From the IMG/VR virus record IMGVR_UViG_3300023371_000084: a stretch of 20,000 nt of DNA; one strand, given 5' to 3'. The notes under the pieces are model-generated. The model was not told the DNA's origin. It did not search any database and saw only the letters and a program-made list of their open reading frames with translations. Source of the stretch: an uncultured virus (IMG/VR IMGVR_UViG_3300023371_000084). Its lineage: Duplodnaviria > Heunggongvirae > Uroviricota > Caudoviricetes. Every line of letters starts with the position of its first letter. Position 1 is the first letter of the stretch. Below, piece after piece: positions 9,569 through 18,534 of the stretch. The position numbers were made by a program, and so were the translations under genes.

Positions 9569-10630
9569 ATGGCAATAGCTTGGTATTTGCTAGACGGAAA
9601 TGAAATGACTGGCGGATTTGACTCCGGTGAACTGCGTGAATTGGCGAGCAATGGATTTATGAGTGTGCTGAATTCGGATGCAGCCACAGATGTTGAACTT
9701 TGCAATTATGACCTAAGCGTTTGTACGCCGATCAAAGCGATTATTCAAAACAACACCGCGAATACAAAGTCCAATACGATGATAAGACAAGTGCTTACTC
9801 CTATTGGTACATGCAAGGCGGGCATGTATATCAAATACAAGAATCGCTACTGGTTGATTGTTGGTCTGGTTGATGACAATACGATGTATGAAAAGTCTGT
9901 CGTTGTACTCTGCAATTATTATGCAGCATGGCTGAATGACAACGGAGAGATCGTTCGTCGATGGGTTAGCGCAGCCTCTGCTTCTCAATATAACAATGGT
10001 GAAACAAGCTCTGAATATTATCGAATAAGGACAGATCAACTTATGGTGCTTACACCAGATGACAAAGAATGCTTGATGCTTCACTCAGGAATCCGTTTGA
10101 TCATTGATAAGCGATGCAAAATCTACGAGCAAATGTTTTCTGAGGACACTATTGTTGATACGACAAACCCCGTCATTGTATATCAAATCACACGTGTTGA
10201 TTCCGTATTGTTTGATTATCAGGATAGTGGGCATTCTGAGTTTATGGCATATCAGGACGAGCAGCATGAAAATGATGGGTATTATGTTGTTGATGGAGAA
10301 GGATATTGGCTATGCGATATTCCGCGTCAGCAGGGCAATTCATCACAGATGGCAGAGATCGAATGTGAAAGCGATATCCTATATCCACAGATTGATCCAT
10401 GTATTTTCACTGCAAGGTTCTATGATATCTTTGGAGACGATACCGATGCAGAACCGATTTGGGAAATTGAATCTGATGTAAAGGATAAACTTACCATCGA
10501 TTATGTTGGCAACTCAGTAATTGTTTCAACAGACGATATGTCATGCGCTAATCACACGATTAAGATCACTCTTCATGCAGATTCTTTTACTTCGGTAACA
10601 AAAGAGATTCAAATCAAAGCTTTCTTTTAA
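9569..10630 (+). CDS. Putative head-closure / neck protein with a C-terminal Ig-like extension
   Basis: 353 aa. N-terminal beta-rich part (GMYIKYKNRYWLIV); C-terminal segment (IWEIES...VIVST...IKITLHA...EIQIK) looks Ig-like. Supported by synteny. Confidence 0.5.
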   Translation: MAIAWYLLDGNEMTGGFDSGELRELASNGFMSVLNSDAATDVELCNYDLSVCTPIKAIIQNNTANTKSNTMIRQVLTPIGTCKAGMYIKYKNRYWLIVGLVDDNTMYEKSVVVLCNYYAAWLNDNGEIVRRWVSAASASQYNNGETSSEYYRIRTDQLMVLTPDDKECLMLHSGIRLIIDKRCKIYEQMFSEDTIVDTTNPVIVYQITRVDSVLFDYQDSGHSEFMAYQDEQHENDGYYVVDGEGYWLCDIPRQQGNSSQMAEIECESDILYPQIDPCIFTARFYDIFGDDTDAEPIWEIESDVKDKLTIDYVGNSVIVSTDDMSCANHTIKITLHADSFTSVTKEIQIKAFF

Positions 10631-10642
10631 GGAGCGCAAAAC

Positions 10643-11131
10643 ATGGCAAGAAAAAAGACAACCGCAGAACGCGGAAAGTTTAAGCAAGAGATCAGCAGTG
10701 CTCTGTACAAGAATCCTGATATTCTGGATCTGCTACTTGGAGATACGAGCATGATGAGTTCGTCAAAAGTTCGAACGTTATTCAAGGAGCATGTGAAATC
10801 GCATTTATTCGTTGATGATACAATTACCGATATGACTACTTACATCTTTTACGATATTGCACTTCCGCGGATGTACTCAAATATCAAGGATTGCAAGGTA
10901 ATTATGTATCTTGTTTGTCATCGAGATATTCTTGAGGGATACGGCAAAGAGGGATACTACGGAGATAGAATCGATATTTTGTCTCAGATGGTTGAAGACT
11001 CATTAATCAACGATAAAAGTGTTTCAAATAAATTTGGCATTGGCGAGCTTACACTAGACAGCATTGAGCCGTATAATGCAACAAGGTTCTACGGATGCTG
11101 CATGGTGTTTTCCGTGCCTAATTTCAGATAA
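10643..11131 (+). CDS. Putative tail terminator / neck protein
   Basis: 162 aa with RBS AAGGAG, upstream of the tail tube. Overlaps the next gene via TAATG. Confidence 0.5.
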   Translation: MARKKTTAERGKFKQEISSALYKNPDILDLLLGDTSMMSSSKVRTLFKEHVKSHLFVDDTITDMTTYIFYDIALPRMYSNIKDCKVIMYLVCHRDILEGYGKEGYYGDRIDILSQMVEDSLINDKSVSNKFGIGELTLDSIEPYNATRFYGCCMVFSVPNFR

Positions 11132-11928
11132 TGATTTTAGATTACGGAACACAGTTAAGCCCAGATCCGATCACGCTGTCTATCGGGACGCTAAAAAAGC
11201 CAAGACTTAAAGATATATCACGTATTTCTTTCTCAACATTTAATACTTATGAGGTATTTTTAAAGTGTTCTCCGAAGGAATACTATACGAAAATCTTAAA
11301 AAGTAATGGCGGAATAGAAAAATGGAATGCCATTGCCGATAGTGATAAGGATATATTGACAATGTATACCTTACTTAAAGATGATGTGCAACTTCAAAAT
11401 ATCTATACGCAATTATTCAATTTCTTCTTTGAGGAACGAGTGGTCTTCAAGGAAGGTTTTTTTATTTTGCTCTATGGCGACATTGAGCAAAATAATGAAA
11501 TTGCACCAGAAAATATTCGCGGTGTGATTTCAGAGGATACATTTCCTCAGATTATCGATATCATTCAGCAAATTTGCTGTATTCACAGCAAGGCGGACGA
11601 AGATGCTGCCGATCAGAATTTTAAGAATGACATCGCGCGAAAGTTGTTTGAAAAAATGCAAAAAGCGCTCAAGAAGCAAGAAGAAGAGCGAAAAGTTAAA
11701 GCAGACAAAAATTTGTCTCTTTCCAATATCATCTCTTCTGTTTCCGCGCTTCATCCTTCTATTAATTTGATAAACATATGGGATCTTACGATCTTTCAAT
11801 TATATGACACTTTTAGAAGGATGCAGGGCAACTTGATTTTTGATATGAATTCCACAAGCGTTTCTGTTTGGGGAGACGAGAAAAACAAGTTTGATCAAAC
11901 ACTTTGGCACAAGAACTATTATGACTAA
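11131..11928 (+). CDS. Hypothetical tail-region protein, possibly a tail assembly chaperone
   Basis: 265 aa, translationally coupled to the previous gene. The C-terminal IWDLTIFQLYD resembles chaperone-type motifs. Confidence 0.5.
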   Translation: MILDYGTQLSPDPITLSIGTLKKPRLKDISRISFSTFNTYEVFLKCSPKEYYTKILKSNGGIEKWNAIADSDKDILTMYTLLKDDVQLQNIYTQLFNFFFEERVVFKEGFFILLYGDIEQNNEIAPENIRGVISEDTFPQIIDIIQQICCIHSKADEDAADQNFKNDIARKLFEKMQKALKKQEEERKVKADKNLSLSNIISSVSALHPSINLINIWDLTIFQLYDTFRRMQGNLIFDMNSTSVSVWGDEKNKFDQTLWHKNYYD

Positions 11929-11958
11929 AACAATTTTCTGAATTGGAGGAATACAAAT

Positions 11959-12717
11959 ATGCCTGAACTGAATAGAGCGAATCGACAGGTTTGTGATGTC
12001 GAAATTCGTATTTTGAAGACCATGGCACCTTTCCTGAACTTTGATACTGCCAATGCGACGACCGCCGGTCTGTCCAGTGATAGCGTCTATGCAATGGCTA
12101 AGGGTTCACGTCGTATTGCTTTTGCAAATCCGCTTGAGGGCACGATGACCTTGGAGGCACAGGTTTACCCGTTCAAGTTCTTTGCCCTGCTTGCCGATGG
12201 CACGATTAAGAACGACGCTGCGTACGCAGCTAAGGAAACCATTGCCTGCAAAGAGGCTGGTGTGCTGCCGATGGTTGTGAACAATGGCGAGATCGTCGCT
12301 GGTTCTGTTTTTGTCTATGCGAAGGGCGAGTTTGGCGATGCCGCTATTGAGGGTACTTTCGCTGATGGCAAGTTTACTGCTACCACTGCGGACAATATTA
12401 AGGTTGGTTCTGAGTATGAAGTTGGCTTTATTGTGAATCGCAATAAGGGTGTGCGCAGGATCTCCTTTACGAATGCTGATCTGCCGCAGGATTACTTTAT
12501 TACCATGAAGACGCTGGACAAGGATGAGCAGGGTCTGCTGACTCCGTTCCTGATGACTGCTTACAAGGCCACTATTCAGCGTAGCTTTGAGCTGTCTTTC
12601 AGCTCCGAGGGCGATCCGGCGACTGTTACACTGACCTTTGACCTGCTTGAGGATGCGAATAAGAACATTCTTGACATGGTTGAGATCGAGGAAGAGCTCA
12701 TTGTCAATCCGGCGTAA
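11959..12717 (+). CDS. Major tail (tube) protein
   Basis: 252 aa with RBS GGAGG and capsid-like biased codon usage. C-terminal FELSFSSEGDPATVTLTFDLL is typical of siphoviral tube proteins. Confidence 0.8.
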   Translation: MPELNRANRQVCDVEIRILKTMAPFLNFDTANATTAGLSSDSVYAMAKGSRRIAFANPLEGTMTLEAQVYPFKFFALLADGTIKNDAAYAAKETIACKEAGVLPMVVNNGEIVAGSVFVYAKGEFGDAAIEGTFADGKFTATTADNIKVGSEYEVGFIVNRNKGVRRISFTNADLPQDYFITMKTLDKDEQGLLTPFLMTAYKATIQRSFELSFSSEGDPATVTLTFDLLEDANKNILDMVEIEEELIVNPA

Positions 12718-12737
12718 TGCAGTTTGACACGATATAT

Positions 12738-12773
12738 GCGGGGATAGGCAAGTGAAAACTTACTATTCCCCGC
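12738..12773 (+). other. GC-rich stem-loop after the tail tube gene (terminator or mRNA-stabilising hairpin)
   Basis: GCGGGGA/TCCCCGC outer stem and AAGT-GAAA-ACTT inner stem. No clear U tract. Confidence 0.55.
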
Positions 12774-12800
12774 CCTATTAATTAAATATGGTGAAGCGAT

Positions 12801-13049
12801 ATGATTAAACAATGTAACGTTATTTTAAATAATGAGCTTGTGACGGTAGTTCGCTTCGGAGAAACCAATATTCAGCTTCCCGCCATTGGCAATGATGCAA
12901 AAAGCATCTGGGTGTGCCATGAGAACGGGAAGTATTTTGTTGTAGACGAAAACAAGGTGCTTACTTGCACCGAAGAGACTGCCGCAAAGCCTAGAAAACG
13001 GGCTTCGAAGAAAACAACCGAAAAGATTGATGAAACTGAAATTGAATGA
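12801..13049 (+). CDS. Hypothetical protein with a basic low-complexity C-terminus
   Basis: 82-aa ORF with RBS GGTGA. Confidence 0.65.
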   Translation: MIKQCNVILNNELVTVVRFGETNIQLPAIGNDAKSIWVCHENGKYFVVDENKVLTCTEETAAKPRKRASKKTTEKIDETEIE

Positions 13050-13081
13050 TCGTGACATTGATGAGTTGTATTGTATTTTTT

Positions 13082-13141
13082 TAGGGGAGATACTACCCAA
13101 CATCATCATCGGTGTCAAGGCGTTATCTCCCCTATCTTTTT
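13082..13141 (+). terminator. Long stem-loop followed by a T tract
   Basis: TAGGGGAGATA (13082-13092) / TATCTCCCCTA (13124-13134), then TCTTTTT. Confidence 0.6.
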
Positions 13142-13168
13142 GCGTTTTACATACAGGAGAAGACAGAA

Positions 13169-13396
13169 ATGAAAGCGATTCAGTTTGGATCTCTTGAAGA
13201 AGCAATCGATTGTTATGGACGCGAAAACCTGATTGCAATTGATTGCATCAAGCAGATCATCTTCTACACTACGCATGGTTGTCAGCCAAAGTTTGTCTGG
13301 GAGAAAGAGAATGATCCCGGAAGATTGACATGCTGGTTTTTGAAGAATGAAACAAATTATGTATATAAAAAGTGGCTTGCAAATAGGCCATCATAA
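13169..13396 (+). CDS. Small phage protein, DUF5659-like
   Basis: 75 aa from ATG 13169 (RBS AGGAG), with pattern QIIFY..HG.QP...WFLKNET..VYKKW. Confidence 0.55.
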   Translation: MKAIQFGSLEEAIDCYGRENLIAIDCIKQIIFYTTHGCQPKFVWEKENDPGRLTCWFLKNETNYVYKKWLANRPS

Positions 13397-13399
13397 CAC

Positions 13400-13951
13400 A
13401 TGAAAAATGTAGGAAAAGAATTTGAAGATGCCATTAAACGATCTGTTCCGGATCACATTTTATTATATCGTATTCCAGATGCCGCACAATCATTTGGAGG
13501 AGGCAATCTGAGATTTAGCAGAAAAAACCCATTTGATTTCATTATGTGGGATTCAAAAAGTCATATTTTATGCGCATTAGAAATGAAAACGGTTTCTGGC
13601 AAATCTGTTTCGTTTGAGCGAAACGAAAACGACCAAGGAGATATTCATCTTCACCAGATTCAGGGATTGCAGGAATGGAACAGGTATAACGGCATTGCCT
13701 GTGGATTCATTATTGAATTCAGGGGCATTGAAACGACAGTATTTGTTGATATACGCGGATTTGAGCGAGTTTCGAACGAGCTTTCAAAGAAGAGCTTTAC
13801 AATAAATGATCTTGATTCTCTTCATATTCGATATATTAAGATTCCACAAAAGAAAATTCGGACTCGATATAAATACGATATATCCAGCTTCGCTGAACAG
13901 ATTAGCAAGCATGGGTTTTACGATAAAGAGAAGGTTGAGGAAAAGTTATGA
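13400..13951 (+). CDS. recU: RecU-like Holliday junction resolvase (PD-(D/E)XK nuclease)
   Basis: GKEFE, PFDF, LEMKT and HLHQIQGL match RecU-family motifs. Confidence 0.8.
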   Translation: MKNVGKEFEDAIKRSVPDHILLYRIPDAAQSFGGGNLRFSRKNPFDFIMWDSKSHILCALEMKTVSGKSVSFERNENDQGDIHLHQIQGLQEWNRYNGIACGFIIEFRGIETTVFVDIRGFERVSNELSKKSFTINDLDSLHIRYIKIPQKKIRTRYKYDISSFAEQISKHGFYDKEKVEEKL

Positions 13952-14502
13952 GTATGACAATGAACATTGGAACAAAACTGAATATGCTTGATTACTTGAG
14001 CATTGTCAATGAAATTGCGAATGAGTTTTTTAATGAAGACGGCGATTACCAGCCTCATATCGGACTGATCAACGCAATGTGTGTGTTTTACAACAATTGC
14101 GTAAAGTCGAGCAAATTTGATGAAAAATTCGGTCATGAAATTGTTGACCCGACTGAAATCAGCGAAGTGTTTGAGGACGAAGAGTTTATTCAGGCATTTA
14201 ATGCATCCATCACCGTAACGATGGTTTGTTTTGATTTTGCAAACGCATTTCGTGATGCTATGGATATTGTAAATACCAAGAAGAATTCTGTGAATCAGAT
14301 TTACAACAAGATCAAGAAGCTGGCAAACGATGCAACTACTGTGATGGCGAGCATGGTAACGAAAGAAAATCTGGACAGAATTGACGCAATTACAGATAAG
14401 ATCAAGAACGGAACGCTTGATGTGGACGCATTTATTGAGTCTTACGGCTCCTCTGAGATGTTCAAAAGGACACTTGAAAGCGCAAAGAAAGCCGAGGCGT
14501 AA
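13948..14502 (+). CDS. Hypothetical protein (tail region)
   Basis: 184 aa, ATGA overlap with recU, RBS GAGG. Confidence 0.7.
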   Translation: MSMTMNIGTKLNMLDYLSIVNEIANEFFNEDGDYQPHIGLINAMCVFYNNCVKSSKFDEKFGHEIVDPTEISEVFEDEEFIQAFNASITVTMVCFDFANAFRDAMDIVNTKKNSVNQIYNKIKKLANDATTVMASMVTKENLDRIDAITDKIKNGTLDVDAFIESYGSSEMFKRTLESAKKAEA

Positions 14503-14505
14503 TTC

Positions 14506-14925
14506 ATGGTTGCCACAAATATGAAGCAACTAGACGATATGCTGAAAAAGCATGTTAAAAAGGCGCTTACCGTTACGTCAAGCAAGATCGAAGCAGACAT
14601 GTACGAAGAAACTGGCGGATTTTACACTAAAGGAGAGCCAAAGATGTATGAAAGAACTGGCGCTCTTGGTGATACGCCTAGAACAACTGCAATTATAACC
14701 AATGGCAGTGTGTTTACGTTTAATGCGTATCTTGATCAATCGCATCAGTATACAACTGGAAAATCGCCGTTGATGTCGGATGTTCTTGCGGTTGCGAATG
14801 ATCATAGTTTGTCTGCAACATATGGTCTTATGCCTCCGCTTGGTCGTCAGCATTTCTGGGATCGGGCAGAGAAAAAGATAGAGAGAACACTAAATAAGAC
14901 AATGAGAAGCTTCTTCCGAAAGTAA
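14506..14925 (+). CDS. Putative tail completion protein (HK97 gp10-like)
   Basis: 139 aa, basic. YERTGAL motif and C-terminal GRQHFWDRA resemble gp10-like neck proteins. Confidence 0.5.
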   Translation: MVATNMKQLDDMLKKHVKKALTVTSSKIEADMYEETGGFYTKGEPKMYERTGALGDTPRTTAIITNGSVFTFNAYLDQSHQYTTGKSPLMSDVLAVANDHSLSATYGLMPPLGRQHFWDRAEKKIERTLNKTMRSFFRK

Positions 14926-14946
14926 TTGCATGAGGAGGCGGTTTCT

Positions 14947-15999
14947 GTGGGCAATCAAAAAACAGGAAGAACAACTGTATACAATAACATTACATCAGAA
15001 GAAAAACTGAAACAGGTAAACCCTGAGAATATCGAGCTAGAAAATGACTTCCTCGAATATCTGGCTTCTGTAGATCGCTCAAAGGGAACGATTAAACAGT
15101 ATAAAGCGAACCTTCATGTATTCTGGTGTTGGAACCTTGAATTCAATAAAAATAAATTCTTTGTTGATCTAACTAAGCGAGAAATTGCAAAATTTCAGAA
15201 TCATGCAATCAACGTCTGGATGTGGTCTCCAAAGAGGATTCGAACTGTAAAGGCAACCATTTCATCCCTTAGCAATTATGTCGAAAACATACTTGACGAT
15301 GAATATGAGGACTACAGGCCGATTGTTCGAAAAATTGAGTCTCCTGCCGATGTTGCTGTTCGGCAGAAGACAGTGTTTCAGGAAGAAGACCTCCAGCCAC
15401 TTCTGGATAGTCTTATTGCAAATGAAGAATACATGAAAGCATGTATGTTGTCGCTTGCAATGAATAGCGGACGTAGAAAGGCAGAGCTTCCAAGGTTTAA
15501 GGTTCATTATTTTGATAACGAAAACTTGATCTGTGAAGGAGCGCTTTATAAAACACCTGAGAAGGTGACTACAAAAGGACGCGGAAGCAGAGGTAAGTTA
15601 CTTGACATATATACGCTTGCAAAGCCGTTCAAGCCGTATTTAGATTTATGGCTTGCACAGCGAAAGGAGCTCAAGGTCAAGAGCGAGTGGCTATTCCCCC
15701 GCTATTTCGATGGAAAATGGCTGGATGAGCCAATGTCAACAACGACTCTTGATTCTTGGACAAAAAGCTTTGGTAAATTCTTTGGCAAACCATTTTACTG
15801 GCACAGCCTGAGACATTACCTTACAACGAAACTACATGAATTCGGCATTCCAGACAATATTATTCAAGACATGATCGGCTGGGAATCTGCTGATATGCTG
15901 AAAATTTATATTGATACGGAAGCTGACAAACAGTTTGAAAAATACTTCGGCGCGGAAGGAATCAAGAAAGGACGAAAGTCTGCGCTTGAAGAGTTATAA
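14947..15999 (+). CDS. Tyrosine recombinase (integrase / XerCD family)
   Basis: Catalytic set SGRRKAEL (R), TKGRG (K), HSLRH (HxxR), IGW (W in place of H) and KIY (Y). GTG 14947 follows GAGGAGG. Confidence 0.9.
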   Translation: MGNQKTGRTTVYNNITSEEKLKQVNPENIELENDFLEYLASVDRSKGTIKQYKANLHVFWCWNLEFNKNKFFVDLTKREIAKFQNHAINVWMWSPKRIRTVKATISSLSNYVENILDDEYEDYRPIVRKIESPADVAVRQKTVFQEEDLQPLLDSLIANEEYMKACMLSLAMNSGRRKAELPRFKVHYFDNENLICEGALYKTPEKVTTKGRGSRGKLLDIYTLAKPFKPYLDLWLAQRKELKVKSEWLFPRYFDGKWLDEPMSTTTLDSWTKSFGKFFGKPFYWHSLRHYLTTKLHEFGIPDNIIQDMIGWESADMLKIYIDTEADKQFEKYFGAEGIKKGRKSALEEL

Positions 16000-16008
16000 A
16001 ACAAGTCT

Positions 16009-16034
16009 TCACCATTTGAAATGGTGATTTTTTT
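16009..16034 (+). terminator. Intrinsic terminator-like hairpin immediately before the TMP ribosome-binding site
   Basis: TCACCATT (16009-16016) / AATGGTGA (16020-16027), followed by seven T. Confidence 0.65.
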
Positions 16035-16046
16035 ATGGGAGGAAAC

Positions 16047-17984
16047 ATGTCTGAATTTACAGCAAAAATACAAGCGATTTTAGACACTAAGAAAATCCCA
16101 TCGCAAATTGCCAACATTGAAAAATCAAAAATTACACTGAGCAGGTTTACCCTCGATACAAAGAAGTTGCCGTCTCAAATTCAGGCATCCCTTGATCGTC
16201 ATAATTTCATGATCAGGCTGGATGGCATTAAAACTGATAGTCTTACTACTCAGATTAAAACGGCGGCGAATCGATCGGGTAAATCTTTTTCTCAGCAGTT
16301 AGTTGATAGGATCAATGCACAGCTATCAAATGGTGGAATTGAAGCGTCTATCGCAAGGGTAACTGCGCAATATGAAAAGCTTGGGTCAACGGGGCATGCC
16401 AAGCTCAAAACTATTGGTGCAGATCTTGAAACGTTAAACAGACTTCATAGGGATCTTGCTAAGAATCAAAATGCGCCCAAGGCGCTGATTAAAACATATG
16501 ACTCATACATTGATACACTTACACAAGTAAAAAACAATCTTGTGACCGTATCATCTCAAAGCAAAGTGACGATTAGTTCTCTCCAATCAGGAAAACTCAG
16601 CAATTCAATGAGTGACTGGATGGGAAAAAATACGCGGGCAACAAAGGAATTTGGTTCTGCGATTGATGATCTTCAAAACAGATTACGTTCACTATCTTCG
16701 TCTGGTAATCTAACTCAGGTTGATTTTGACAACATTAAAAACGAATTTGAGAGCATCGTACAGAGAGCAAATCAGGCTGGTCTAGCAGGGGAAACATTTG
16801 GCTCACGTATGAGTAGGACATTTAGCAACATGTTCCGATACTTTGGAGCTGCAGAAGTCCTGCACCGTATTGAAGACGTTCTCAAATCCATGGCAGAAAA
16901 TGTTGTTGCCGTTGATACGGCGATGACTGGACTATATCGTGTTACTGAACTTACGGATGAAGAATATCAGAAGATGTACGGTAATATGGTGAAGTCTGCA
17001 AAGCAGTACGGAACAGAACTTACCGATATTATCAATTCAACTGCTGATTGGGCAAAGCTTGGTTTTGACCCAAATGAAGCGCAAGAGCTTGCAAATATCA
17101 CATCCATGTATCAGCATGTTACTGATTTGAACACAGAAACCGCTGTAAATAATCTAGTGACAGCTTATAAAGGATTTGAAGATCAGCTTCTTGAGCTTAC
17201 TGGCGGAGATGTGTCTGCTGCCGTTGAATACGTTGCTGATATCTTTGATAAGCTTGGCAATGAGTTTGCCGTAAGCGCAAGCGATGTTGGCGAAGCTTTG
17301 ACTCGATCTGCTTCCGCGCTACAAGTGGCTGGCAATAGCATTCAGGAAACTGCTGCTATGGCAACGGGTATTACTGAGGTTACGCAGAATGCTGCTAAAG
17401 CTGGTAATGCACTGAGAACGCTATCCATGCGACTGCGTGGCACAACTGCTGCAGAGCTTGAAGCAATTGGAGAAGATGCAGAGGGATTAATTGAAGTTAC
17501 ATCATCACTGCAAAGTGCAATCAATGATTTGACGGGTGTGAATCTTGTTGAATCAAATGGTGATTTGAGATCCACTTATGATGTAATGCGAGACCTTGCA
17601 AATGTATGGGATACGCTTGGAACAAACACGCAATCCAGAGTGCTTGAGATCATTGCTGGCAAGAACAGAGCCAGTGATGTTGCTGCGCTTCTTAGCAATT
17701 GGGAGCAGGTTGAAAAAGCTATGCTTGCTTCTACGGATGCTTGGGGAACTGCGGCTGCAGAACAAGAAAAGTATGTTGAATCTATTCAGGGACATCTTAA
17801 TCAGCTCAAAACTGCGTGGCAGGCGCTATCAAATTCGTTGATCAAATCCGATTTCCTGAAAGGACTAATTGATACTGGATCTGCTGCGCTTAACACGCTT
17901 GATTGGATAATCAATAGAATCGGTACATTGCCGACGCTGATTGGAGCGGCTTTTGCCGGTCTTTCAATTGGCAAAAACGTGGGT
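16047..17984 (+). CDS. Tail tape measure protein, exon 1 (646 codons; TP901-family core domain)
   Basis: ATG 16047 after GGAGG. Ala/Thr-rich helical TMP core (VDTAMTGL, WAKLGF, LGNEFAVS, GNALRTLSMRL, IAGKNRAS). Ends ...KNVG at the predicted 5' splice site. The unspliced frame continues 31 aa to TAA at 18080. Confidence 0.9.
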
Positions 17985-18389
17985 GAACTAATGAATCAGT
18001 TCCAACACCGGATTATACTACGGATTGAATATGCCCACGAAGCTTTTACTAACAGTAATGTGAACGAGATTGCATGCTAAACTCGAAGTGCAATCAAGAG
18101 GGCTCCATGAAAACAGGATAAACTGATGTAAGTAATGGTTCTTGCATCGACAGACTGGGACGCATAATGCGCAAAGCTGTATATTATAGCGCATTATTGC
18201 TATCAGCAACCATTGCCTGAATACGAGATCAGGTAGGCTCAGAGGACATAAACCTGCGCGGCGGAAGTCGTGAATGTATGTTGCAAACTGTACTCGGCCA
18301 CAGCAAATGCCGGGGTAAAAACCAAACCAGTGCGCTAACTGGAGTATAGAAAATAGCGGGCTCTTCTACCCTTCCATATGCTTGAATGG

Positions 18390-18421
18390 AAAAAGAAAAT
18401 GGCAGAACAAGATTCTGCCAT
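18390..18421 (-). terminator. Intrinsic terminator of the intron cargo transcript
   Basis: Minus strand reads ATGGCAGAA-tcttg-TTCTGCCAT then TTTCTTTTT: a perfect 9-bp stem plus U tract, about 113 nt downstream of the cargo stop codon. Confidence 0.8.
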
Positions 18422-18534
18422 GAACATCGAAGCCGGTGTCGTTCCGAAATGCGGTACGCAGGTGGAGTTCTTTGTGGGTTGTGCGAAAACCACTAATCGG
18501 AGTAGGCAAAAGCCGAACGAAAACGCTCAAACGT

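Noticed and set aside
12724..12752. TTGACA as a -35 promoter box after the tail tube gene
   Set aside because: No -10 element at 16-18 nt spacing.
13948..15999. Three consecutive ORFs in one frame suggesting stop-codon read-through or a chaperone frameshift
   Set aside because: Each ORF has its own RBS, the stops are TAA, and no slippery heptamer was found by eye.
16035..18080. TMP as a complete 681-aa gene ending at 18080
   Set aside because: The last 31 residues lie in the structured intron 5' region, and TMP-like sequence resumes at 19102. ATG 16047 has the RBS.
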